A DNA stretch of 33,747 nt from Nitrososphaeria archaeon. GTDB lineage: Archaea > Thermoproteota > Nitrososphaeria > Conexivisphaerales > UBA164. The notes under the pieces are model-generated. The model ran no database searches. It was not told where the DNA came from and saw nothing but the letters and a program-made list of their open reading frames with translations. How positions within the stretch are numbered: the first letter of the stretch is position 1; every line of letters begins with the position of its first letter. The stretch spans positions 1 through 33,747 of the forward strand of contig JARVJW010000087.1 of NCBI GenBank assembly GCA_029775955.1. Reading direction: 5' to 3'. Of the stretch, positions 10,300 through 18,285 are shown piece after piece. A program made the translations under genes and the position numbers.

Positions 10300-10800
10300 A
10301 AACGTAACGCAATTTTGACACTCTCTCAGCTAGAGATCATTGCTGACATAGTTCCACTTCAGGGTCTGCCAACAGCTACCAACATAGGTCTGAGAGAAGC
10401 CTGTTAACGACTTTAATTATGCTGACAGCTTGGTATTGACCTGCTTACAAACTATCAATCTACAGTTGTGCTTTCTGTACAGCATGTCTTCTAGGCATTT
10501 AGCTTATGCAGCCATTCTTCTCCCAATTTGTAAATCCTTTTTGTAATCAAGCCCAGAATTTAGAGGTTTCAGGTTCCCCTTTCTCCATGATTTGCTACTT
10601 TGCTATTACATTGAGGTCCCCGATTATTAGTCCTGCATTTTTTGCGAAAGCAGCACATTATAGCATTTCATAGTTAGTTGTTAGACGCTTCCGCTAGTTG
10701 TTGGAACTGCATTTCGTACTAAGTATCGATGAGCATTATCGATGTCCTCTCCAAGCCTCAAAGCATCGCCTAAAGGATCGAGGCTCGCGCTCAGCTTTTA
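10300..10800 (-). pseudogene. Possible heavily decayed tnpB (IS200/IS605 OrfB) relic, C-terminal half only
   Basis: There is no ORF of 60 aa or more in 526 bp. Minus-strand fragments in mixed frames include 'DIDNAHRYLVRNA', 'KNAGLIIGDLNV' (RuvC-II-like, about 10606-10645) and 'FTNWEKNG..PRRHAVQKAQL'. These appear in the order expected for a TnpB C-terminal half. Confidence 0.3.
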
Positions 10801-10802
10801 GG

Positions 10803-11183
10803 TCACTTGATATGACGCATCATGTATTTAAGAGCTTCATCGTTTAGCACAAGATATATTGGTCCCAGCGGTGACTCCTGGGGGTCATCACACATGATTA
10901 TCCGGCCAGCATGAGCGGCCTGCCTGTTAAACATGAGCTTATGAACGCTCCCCGTGTCCGCATTTACAAGTTTCAAAAACATTGGAATCATGTTCTTGTC
11001 CTTTGCTGATTTTACTATACGACTCAGAGTGAGCTCACTGACTTTGACAGTTACCATGTCGCCCTTAAGGCTAACCTCTGGCGCGTCACCAGGGTCAACT
11101 ATATTTAGGATGGATTGTTTGACCTTCTGCGGGTCCTCTGAGGGATGTATCGTCGCACTTAAAATTGCTTCCACAACTAACAT
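10803..11183 (-). CDS. UPF0201 / COG1931-type predicted RNA-binding protein
   Basis: 126-aa ORF. The N-terminal 'VEAILSATIHPSEDPQKVKQSILNI' matches the 'v.v.PTED.eKV..ai.ni' signature I recall for archaeal UPF0201 proteins, and the size fits. Confidence 0.55.
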   Translation of the reverse strand: MLVVEAILSATIHPSEDPQKVKQSILNIVDPGDAPEVSLKGDMVTVKVSELTLSRIVKSAKDKNMIPMFLKLVNADTGSVHKLMFNRQAAHAGRIIMCDDPQESPLGPIYLVLNDEALKYMMRHIK

Positions 11184-11224
11184 TTAAAGTTAATATTTTT
11201 AAGCGCTTTGTTTAAAGGTATACC
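11184..11224. promoter_or_regulatory. 41-bp divergent promoter region (UPF0201 gene / aconitase)
   Basis: 'taatatttttaagc' lies 23-32 nt upstream of ATG 11225. On the other strand 'cctttaaac' lies about 26-35 nt upstream of start 11183. Both look like TATA boxes. Confidence 0.35.
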
Positions 11225-13837
11225 ATGGATAAAGGACAATTTCTGAGGGAATTTCAGGTACCTGGAGGCGCAAGGGTAAAGTACTATTCAATAATTGAGC
11301 TGGAAAAAATGGGGTACGGCAAGGTTTCCCGCCTACCATATTCTTTAAAGGTTGTACTTGAATCAATGCTCAGAAATTTTGATGGCAAGGCCATAACATG
11401 GGACGATGTAGTATCGCTTGCAAACTGGAACCCTAGAAACCCTGAGGACAGGGACATACCGCTTGTTGTGTCCAGAATTTTGATGCAGGACTTCACTGGG
11501 GTGCCTGCACTTGTGGATCTTGCTGCAATGAGAGATTACATTAAATCAAGGTCGGCAGACCCAGGGATCATAAGGCCTAGCGTGCCCGTTGACCTCATCA
11601 TTGACCATTCAGTTCAAGTGGACCAATACAATTCTACTGAATCGTTCGAGACTAACCTGGACTATGAAATAAAAAGAAACAGTGAAAGGTACACTTTCCT
11701 GAAATGGGCTGGGCAGGCATTTCAGGGATTAAGGATCTTTCCACCCTCAGCTGGCATATGTCACCAGATAAACCTGGAATACCTGGCCAAGCTTGTGATG
11801 GTTTCGCCTGATGGCTTGGCTTACTTTGATTCGCTAGTTGGGACGGATTCTCACACTACAATGATCAACGGAATTGGTGTAGTAGGCTTTGGCGTAGGAG
11901 GAATAGAAGCAGAGGCTGCAATGCTCGGACAACCTATCTCATTTATCATGCCACAGGTTGTTGGAGTTAAATTGATTGGCAAACTCAACGACGGCGTAAC
12001 AGCAACTGACTTGGCGCTTACGTTGACCAGGTTGCTGCGTGAAAAGGGTGTTGTTGGAAAATTTGTTGAGTTCTTTGGTAAAGGGGTGGAAAGCCTTAGC
12101 GTTCCTGATAGGGCTACGGTTTCAAATATGTGCCCCGAATACGGTGCCACTGTTGCGCTCTTCCCGGTTGACAAAATGACTGTTAAGTACCTGAAGCTAA
12201 CGGCCAGAAGTCAGGAGCAGATACAGCTTATAGAGCAGTACTACCGAGAACAGGGCATATATGAAGCTGCTGAATACAGTGAAGTTATAGAGCTGGACCT
12301 TGGAAGCGTCAAACCAAGCCTATCTGGCCCCAGCCAGCCAAAGCAGCAGATGGAACTGAAAGGCGCGCCTGAAAGCTTCGTAAAACAGGTGCTGCAAAGC
12401 CAGCAACCTAGATCATTAAAAGGCATGAAAGATGGTGATATAGTTATAGCTTCAATAACTAGCTGCACAAATACAAGCAACCCTTCGGTCCTCATCATGG
12501 CAGGGCTTGTGGCTAAAAAGGCTGTGGAAATGGGGTTGCATGTTGACACCAGCAAGGTAAAGACTAGCCTTGCCCCAGGGTCCAGGGTTGTCACAGAGTA
12601 CCTAAAAAGGACTGGACTCCTGAGATACCTTGAAGAACTTGGTTTTTATGTCGTTGCATATGGGTGCACCACCTGTATAGGCAACAGTGGACCGCTTGCA
12701 GATGACCTGAGCAGGCTTGTAAACGAGGGCAATATGGCTGTTGTAAGTGTCCTTTCCGGCAATAGGAACTTTGAGGGTAGAATACACAACGATGTAAGGG
12801 CAAATTACCTGATGTCACCACCCCTGGTCGTGGCCTATGCCATTGCAGGAACCATCTTGAAGGACATCACAAAAGAACCGATTGGCATCTCAGATAATGG
12901 GAAAGAGGTTTATCTGCAGGATATATGGCCCTCGACAAATGAGGTAAATGAAATAGTAAAAAATTCCCTTGATGAAGATCTTTTCAGACAAGTGTACAAC
13001 CAAGGCATTTTTAGCATAAATCCGTTGTGGAACAGGTTGGAGACACCCTCAGGCATGACTTACAGCTGGGACGAAAAGAGTACTTACATAAGGAAGCCAC
13101 CATTTTTTGAAGGTATTACAAAAGGACAAAATATAGAGAAAATATCAAACGCTGCAATTCTGGCAATTTTTGGAGATTCAATATCCACTGACCACATATC
13201 ACCAGCTGGAGCAATAATGCCTGAAAGCCCAGCCGGCAGATACCTTAAATCTCTGGGCGTTCCCATAACTGAATTCAACACATATGGTGCTAGAAGGGGT
13301 AATCATGAAGTGATGATGCGTGGCACTTTTGCAAACAGGCACATAAGGAACCTCCTCCTTGAAAATACAGAAGGCGGGCTTACGCTTCATTTTCCTGATA
13401 AACAGCTAATGAGCATATATGATGCTGCAATGAAGTACAGGGATGAAGGCCGCCCGCTTGTGATTATAGCTGGCAAGGAATACGGGTCAGGTAGTTCCAG
13501 AGACTGGGCAGCCAAGGGACCTGCGCTTCTTGGTGTAAGGGCAGTTATGGCTGAAAGCTTTGAAAGAATACACAGGTCTAACCTTATCGGCATGGGCATA
13601 ATTCCACTGCAGTTCAAGTCAAACTATAAGAGCTTGGACATCGATGCATCTAAGCCACTCTCAATAACTATAGAAAAGAGGCCCAGAGGGAGGGCTGTCA
13701 TGATGTACTGCAAAAAGGATGGCCAAGATGGAAAAGCCGAATTGATTTCAAGAATAGATTCCGAGCTTGAAATGAATTATGTAACAGCGGGTGGTATATT
13801 GAACTTTGTAGTGTCCAGAATCGCCGGGTCCTTATAA
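11225..13837 (+). CDS. acnA: Aconitate hydratase (aconitase A / IRP family)
   Basis: 870-aa ORF with 'MQDFTGVPALVDLAAMRD', 'ICHQINLEYL', 'GTDSHTTMINGIG', 'ITSCTNTSNPSV', 'GCTTCIGNSG' (Fe-S cysteines) and 'GSGSSRDWAAKG'. Confidence 0.95.
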   Translation: MDKGQFLREFQVPGGARVKYYSIIELEKMGYGKVSRLPYSLKVVLESMLRNFDGKAITWDDVVSLANWNPRNPEDRDIPLVVSRILMQDFTGVPALVDLAAMRDYIKSRSADPGIIRPSVPVDLIIDHSVQVDQYNSTESFETNLDYEIKRNSERYTFLKWAGQAFQGLRIFPPSAGICHQINLEYLAKLVMVSPDGLAYFDSLVGTDSHTTMINGIGVVGFGVGGIEAEAAMLGQPISFIMPQVVGVKLIGKLNDGVTATDLALTLTRLLREKGVVGKFVEFFGKGVESLSVPDRATVSNMCPEYGATVALFPVDKMTVKYLKLTARSQEQIQLIEQYYREQGIYEAAEYSEVIELDLGSVKPSLSGPSQPKQQMELKGAPESFVKQVLQSQQPRSLKGMKDGDIVIASITSCTNTSNPSVLIMAGLVAKKAVEMGLHVDTSKVKTSLAPGSRVVTEYLKRTGLLRYLEELGFYVVAYGCTTCIGNSGPLADDLSRLVNEGNMAVVSVLSGNRNFEGRIHNDVRANYLMSPPLVVAYAIAGTILKDITKEPIGISDNGKEVYLQDIWPSTNEVNEIVKNSLDEDLFRQVYNQGIFSINPLWNRLETPSGMTYSWDEKSTYIRKPPFFEGITKGQNIEKISNAAILAIFGDSISTDHISPAGAIMPESPAGRYLKSLGVPITEFNTYGARRGNHEVMMRGTFANRHIRNLLLENTEGGLTLHFPDKQLMSIYDAAMKYRDEGRPLVIIAGKEYGSGSSRDWAAKGPALLGVRAVMAESFERIHRSNLIGMGIIPLQFKSNYKSLDIDASKPLSITIEKRPRGRAVMMYCKKDGQDGKAELISRIDSELEMNYVTAGGILNFVVSRIAGSL

Positions 13838-13839
13838 AA

Positions 13840-14868
13840 TTGTGGAAAGTAGCTGTAATTGAGGGAGATGGGATAGGCCCTGAGGTGATTTCCGCTACAG
13901 TTAATGTTATAAATGCTATAAATGATATTTACAAGCTTCCGATTGAACTTGAGTTTTTGGAAGCCGGGCTTGGTGCCTATAAAAAGTATGGCACAAATCT
14001 GCCAAAGCAATCTATGGATAAGCTATTTGATTCAGATTGTGCCCTGAAGGGGCCAACCACATCCCTAGAGGGGTTTGGAACTGAGCTTGGAGTGCCTGTA
14101 AAGATAAGAAAGATGTTTAACCTGTATGCAAACATAAGGCCCTTTAAACCCCTCCCAAGGTCAAGCAGCTTGGCTAAGCTTGATGTGCTTATAGTGCGGG
14201 AAAACACCGAAGGCTCATATTCTGGGCTTGAGTACAGGGTTTCAGACCAGGTTGCGTTTGGCATTAGAATAACCACCAGAAGCGCGGCTGAAAAAATTTT
14301 CAAGGTAGCATTCAGCATGGCAGAAAAACGCAAAAAAAAGGTAACATTAGCCCATAAGGCCAATGTATTAAAGGCAACTGACGGGCTTTATAAGGAAGTT
14401 TTCCTGAATGAAGCCAGAAGGCACCCCGAAGTTCTAGCAGAAGATGCTCATGTAGACGCCCTTGCCCATTGGCTCATTTTAAAGCCAGAATTTTACGACG
14501 TAATAGTTACTGAAAACCTGTATGGGGATATAATTTCTGATGAGGCAGCTGCACTCGTTGGGGGGCTTGGGCTTGCAGCTTCCGCAAACCTTGGCGACAA
14601 ATATGCCATGTTTGAACCGGTTCATGGCTCTGCACCTGACATTGCAGGCAAAGGAATATCAAATCCTGTGGCTGCCATGCTGTCATTTAAAATGATGCTG
14701 GAGTGGATGGGTTACCCTGAAGTTGCGTGGGCCCTGGAATCTGCCATAAATCAAACGCTTACGGAAGGCGAAAAATTGACGCCTGACATGGGTGGCTCAG
14801 GAAAAACTGAAGATATTGAAAAAAAGGTAATCAGTAACTTGCAGAAAAACCTTCATAACATTGGTTAG
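13840..14868 (+). CDS. Beta-decarboxylating dehydrogenase of the isocitrate/isopropylmalate/homoisocitrate family
   Basis: 342-aa ORF with 'VAVIEGDGIGPEV', 'LIVRENTEGSYSG', 'NLYGDIISDEAAALVGGLGLAASAN' and 'FEPVHGSAPDIAGKG'. It has a TTG start 2 nt after the aconitase stop. Substrate (isocitrate or IPM) cannot be decided by eye. Confidence 0.85.
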   Translation: MWKVAVIEGDGIGPEVISATVNVINAINDIYKLPIELEFLEAGLGAYKKYGTNLPKQSMDKLFDSDCALKGPTTSLEGFGTELGVPVKIRKMFNLYANIRPFKPLPRSSSLAKLDVLIVRENTEGSYSGLEYRVSDQVAFGIRITTRSAAEKIFKVAFSMAEKRKKKVTLAHKANVLKATDGLYKEVFLNEARRHPEVLAEDAHVDALAHWLILKPEFYDVIVTENLYGDIISDEAAALVGGLGLAASANLGDKYAMFEPVHGSAPDIAGKGISNPVAAMLSFKMMLEWMGYPEVAWALESAINQTLTEGEKLTPDMGGSGKTEDIEKKVISNLQKNLHNIG

Positions 14869-14935
14869 TATTGACGTAGGCTACAGTTTCAATGTAGATA
14901 AATTTAAATATTGGTAAATATAGAAGTATATCTAA

Positions 14936-16103
14936 AGTGATAATCGCTTATGAAGACAGGCTTGCAAGGTTTGGTATTGAAACTTTAAAGAAAACGTTCA
15001 CAACTTTCGGAACAGAAGTAGTGAACCATGAAGACTCAAGGAGAACTTGTTGAAGACTTAATTACGACAGTTTCTCACTTTGCTGGAAGGCTCTATGGAA
15101 TGAGAAGCCATAGGTATGGGGAGGTTATTGATGGTGTCAAGAAGCTTGTTGGTCAAAGCATCAATGCCACATGACCTTGAGGTAAATGGGCTTATAGAGG
15201 ATTACATGCACAAACTCTATCCTGGATGAGTTATGGAAGAGGAAGGATAAGGCTTTTGGAAAAAGGCTTAGTACCTTGAAGGATGGCCCTATTCCAAGCA
15301 TTACGTGGACTCAGCAATAAAACAGGCTTATTCCGTGCTTAAATCGTGGAGGAAAGGATACATTCGTGGGCGAGCAGGAAGAAATAGGCCTGAACTGAAG
15401 ATCCGTTAGAGTCAATGAAACGCTTTACAGTTACAGGAATAGGATTCAGTGAAACCTTACGAAGAGAGTATAGATTTGAGGAGGGCGTGGTGTTGGGATA
15501 AATGGCTTAGGCGAACTCATACAGCCTAACCGTTAGAAAAAAAACAGGACTAAAGGTTGAAAAACCGATATCATGGGACACAAACCTCCTAGATGGCTAT
15601 GATGGCGAAAGGCATCATTCAATAAATTTGAAGGAAATTTACACTATACACAGAACATATGAGCTGAAGAGAAGAATTATCCAGAGGCTTCCAGAACTAA
15701 AAAGAGGTTCCTTAATACAGTTCAAGGAAGAACAGGGTCAATAGCATTTTGCATAAACTTGCAAAACAATTATCAGATGGGACAAACGTGTTCGAGGATT
15801 TAAGAAACTTCAAGGGAAAAATAGCTAGGACAAAAAGCAGAATAGCAAACACGATTATATAAAGCTCTGTAGAATATAAGTCAGCATTGAATGGGTATGA
15901 GACTGGCTTATGGTACATCAAAAACCTGCTCCAGATGCGGGTATTATAATAAAGGGGGGCAAGCACATTCAAATTGCGGGCTTATAATCGATAGGCAGGA
16001 AAATGCATCAATAAACATAGGAACAAATTCCTTTGTGGGGAGTTATGGGTTCCCCCCGAAAGGAGCCAAGCTCGATGAGTTCTCCGATGAACCCAGAGGA
16101 TGA
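14936..16103 (+). pseudogene. tnpB: tnpB (IS200/IS605 OrfB) pseudogene, copy a
   Basis: Multiple stops and frameshifts. Recognisable pieces are 'HYVDSAIKQAYSVLKSWRKGYIRG', 'IHRTYELKRRIIQRL', 'NSILHKLAKQLSDGTNVFEDLRNFKGK' (RuvC-II E) and 'YGTSKTCSRCGYYNKGG..NCGLIIDRQENASINIG' (Zn finger plus RuvC-III D, ORF 15891-16103). Confidence 0.8.
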
Positions 16104-16128
16104 TAAGAGCGATGAGGCTCAGGGACTG

Positions 16129-16155
16129 AGTATGGATTCCATGTATATCCATACT
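16129..16155 (+). repeat. Perfect 9-bp stem / 9-nt loop hairpin just 3' of dead tnpB copy a (candidate IS right-end hairpin)
   Basis: 'agtatggat' (16129-16137), loop 'tccatgtat', then 'atccatact' (16147-16155). The hairpin starts 25 nt after the tnpB stop. Confidence 0.5.
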
Positions 16156-16251
16156 TAATTCAGAATCCATCATTGAATATATTTTTGTAGTTTCTTGAAA
16201 TTATTGATGTTTTGTTTCATGTTCTATCTATCTGCCCTCAATTGTTGAAGG

Positions 16252-16975
16252 CTACACTAGCAGCTTCGGCGTTTGTCCCAATTCATGTGGAATGCCTGCA
16301 CTGGTTTTTCCAGCCTGTCGAGATCCAATGGCATATGCAGGCCTTCTTTCATTATAGTATGTGATGTACTTCACTGAATAGAAGTGTTTGACCCTGAACT
16401 GTAGAAAGCCTTTCCATTTGATTGAGGACACCCAACCCTTTCCAATATATGCCCAGTTTGACAAGGTATTCCTGGAATTAGGTTATGCCAGGTGCCTTAT
16501 TATCTTTATAGTTTGCGAAAAAACGCAAAATATATCTGTAATTATTGCCCAAGGCTTGCTCCATGTTGCTATTGCTTTATTAAGCATTGTCATTTGTGGC
16601 CTCGTAAAATAGGCCTCGATGCGTCGTGTAGGCTAACCACTTATCCTTTAACCTGTACATCATAATTTATGTAGCGGAGTGCTTTCATATTTTCACCTTT
16701 CTCAGATGCAGCAAGCCCGTTACCTTCGTGCTGTGTATGTGATAACTCTACGTTGTTAGTCATCTGCATGGTAAGGCGCTTACGAACATAAAGTGGTTTC
16801 AGATTTTTCCAATTGTGAAGTCATTTTAGGGCTTCGTGTGCGGGCATTTTGCAAGCGTTCATAAATACTGGCAGTCTAATCCTTGACTGGTCACACCATG
16901 CAATGCTGCCTGTGCCATTATTCCGTCTACCTTTCTTCTGATTATCCAACGTATCTTGGCATCTGTAAGCTTCAT
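16252..16975 (-). pseudogene. rve-type (IS481/IS3-like) integrase-transposase pseudogene
   Basis: The minus strand starts with the HTH-like 'MKLTDAKIRWIIRRKVDG...' (ATG at 16975) and then hits stops. Later fragments are 'PQSNGKAF..' and 'KHFYSVKYITYYNERRPAYAIGSR' (ORF 16252-16464), the conserved C-terminal 'YN..RPH.alg' block of rve integrases. The remnant is too short and too interrupted to be functional. Confidence 0.65.
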
Positions 16976-17037
16976 TGCGGGCCTATGGTAGCAGCGCGTT
17001 AATAATAAAAAGATAAATTGAACATATTTTAGAAATA

Positions 17038-17045
17038 TTTATTAA
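17038..17045 (+). promoter_or_regulatory. TATA-like box 'tttattaa'
   Basis: Lies 22-29 nt upstream of ATG 17067. The same octamer sits at equivalent spacing before 20585 and 30073. Confidence 0.35.
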
Positions 17046-17066
17046 ATAAGCTGTTGAATAATCTGT

Positions 17067-17300
17067 ATGCCAATAGCTTTTGTACTTTTGACTGTGGAAC
17101 CTGGAAAAGAGGAAGACGTTTTGAATAGGCTTAAATCATTGCCTGAGATTATGGAAGCTCATAGGGTTTATGGCGTTTATGATACAGTAGTTAAGGTAAA
17201 TGCACCAACTCCAGAGAAGCTCAAGGAAATTATTACATGGAAAGTTAGAAAAGTAGAGAATGTTAAATCTACCCTTACAATGCTAGTTGTAGAACAGTAA
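17067..17300 (+). CDS. Stand-alone Lrp/AsnC ligand-binding (RAM) domain protein
   Basis: 77-aa ORF. 'AFVLLTVEPGKEEDVLNRLKSLPEIMEAHRVYGVYDTVVKV' shows the beta-alpha-beta-beta-alpha-beta RAM pattern of AsnC_trans_reg domains, and there is no HTH domain. Confidence 0.65.
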   Translation: MPIAFVLLTVEPGKEEDVLNRLKSLPEIMEAHRVYGVYDTVVKVNAPTPEKLKEIITWKVRKVENVKSTLTMLVVEQ

Positions 17301-17307
17301 CAAAATT

Positions 17308-18237
17308 TTAACCCAGATATTGGGATGGAACTTGCTTAAGGTTGCTTTTTATTGCTTCTATGCTTTCATTGAACTTCTTCTTCTGTTCCTGAGTTAGGTC
17401 AACTTCGACAATTTTTTCTGCACCACCTTTCCCTAGCACAACTGGAACCTGGGCAAAGATGCCCTTAATTGAATATTCACCATCCAGGTACACGCTTGCC
17501 TCCACTACTGTTTTTCTGTCCCTTTTAATGGCGTCAACCATCACCAGAAGACCTGCTGCCGGACCCCAGTTGCTGCTGAACTTTCTCAGATTAGTTATCT
17601 GAGCCCCAGCTTCGACTGTGTCCTTCACAACGCTATTATATTGTTCCTCTGACAGGAAGTTCTTCAGGTTCTTGCCATAAACCGAAGAAAGCTCTGGAAC
17701 TGGGTACATGTTCTCTCCATGCTGTCCCAGCACAAGCGGTATTATTGAAGATGGGGAAATTCCAATATAACGTGATGCATTGTACGCCATCCTTCTCGAA
17801 TCCAGAACGCCGCTAAATCCTATCACCCTGTTCCTGGGAAACTTTAACCTGTTATACAACACTGTTACCATCGCATCAAGTGGATTTGTTGTAATAATGA
17901 CTGTTGCATTTGGAGCGTTTTTGCGAACCTGTTCAGCAACTCCGGCTATTATTTCTGAGTTCTTTGCTGCAAGCTCTTCACGGGTCATGCCAGGCTTCCT
18001 AGCAAGGCCTGCTGTAATTATCACTATATCGCTTCCTTTTATATCTTCGTAATTATTTGAGCCTATTACGCTTACTGACCTTCCTAGTATCGCTGCAGCA
18101 TGATTTATATCGAGGGCCTCGCCCTGAGGCAATCCCTCAACAATATCCACCAAAACTATTTTGCTGTCTGCTTCACCCATCATGAGAAACGCAGCTGTAG
18201 TCGCTCCTACCTTACCGGCACCTATTACAGAAATCAT
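17308..18237 (-). CDS. mdh: Malate dehydrogenase (LDH-like MDH family)
   Basis: 309-aa ORF with the Rossmann motif 'ISVIGAGKVGATTA', then 'VIITAGLARKPGMTREEL', 'ITTNPLDAM' and 'GQHGENM'. Confidence 0.9.
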   Translation of the reverse strand: MISVIGAGKVGATTAAFLMMGEADSKIVLVDIVEGLPQGEALDINHAAAILGRSVSVIGSNNYEDIKGSDIVIITAGLARKPGMTREELAAKNSEIIAGVAEQVRKNAPNATVIITTNPLDAMVTVLYNRLKFPRNRVIGFSGVLDSRRMAYNASRYIGISPSSIIPLVLGQHGENMYPVPELSSVYGKNLKNFLSEEQYNSVVKDTVEAGAQITNLRKFSSNWGPAAGLLVMVDAIKRDRKTVVEASVYLDGEYSIKGIFAQVPVVLGKGGAEKIVEVDLTQEQKKKFNESIEAIKSNLKQVPSQYLG

Positions 18238-18285
18238 GTCAAATGTTTGCCCGTTGCTCGTTATATATGTTTCTGCAATAGCAAG

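Noticed and set aside
10385-10432. Short matches between the grpE upstream gap and 25160-25205 ('gctgacagct', 'aggtctgag').
   Set aside because: The matches are only 9-12 nt, appear in different order at the two loci, and do not extend.
15712-16612. Small ORFs 15712-15972(-), 15982-16173(-) and 16388-16612(+).
   Set aside because: They lie inside or antisense to the tnpB and rve pseudogenes, have no motifs, and have hydrophobic low-complexity composition.
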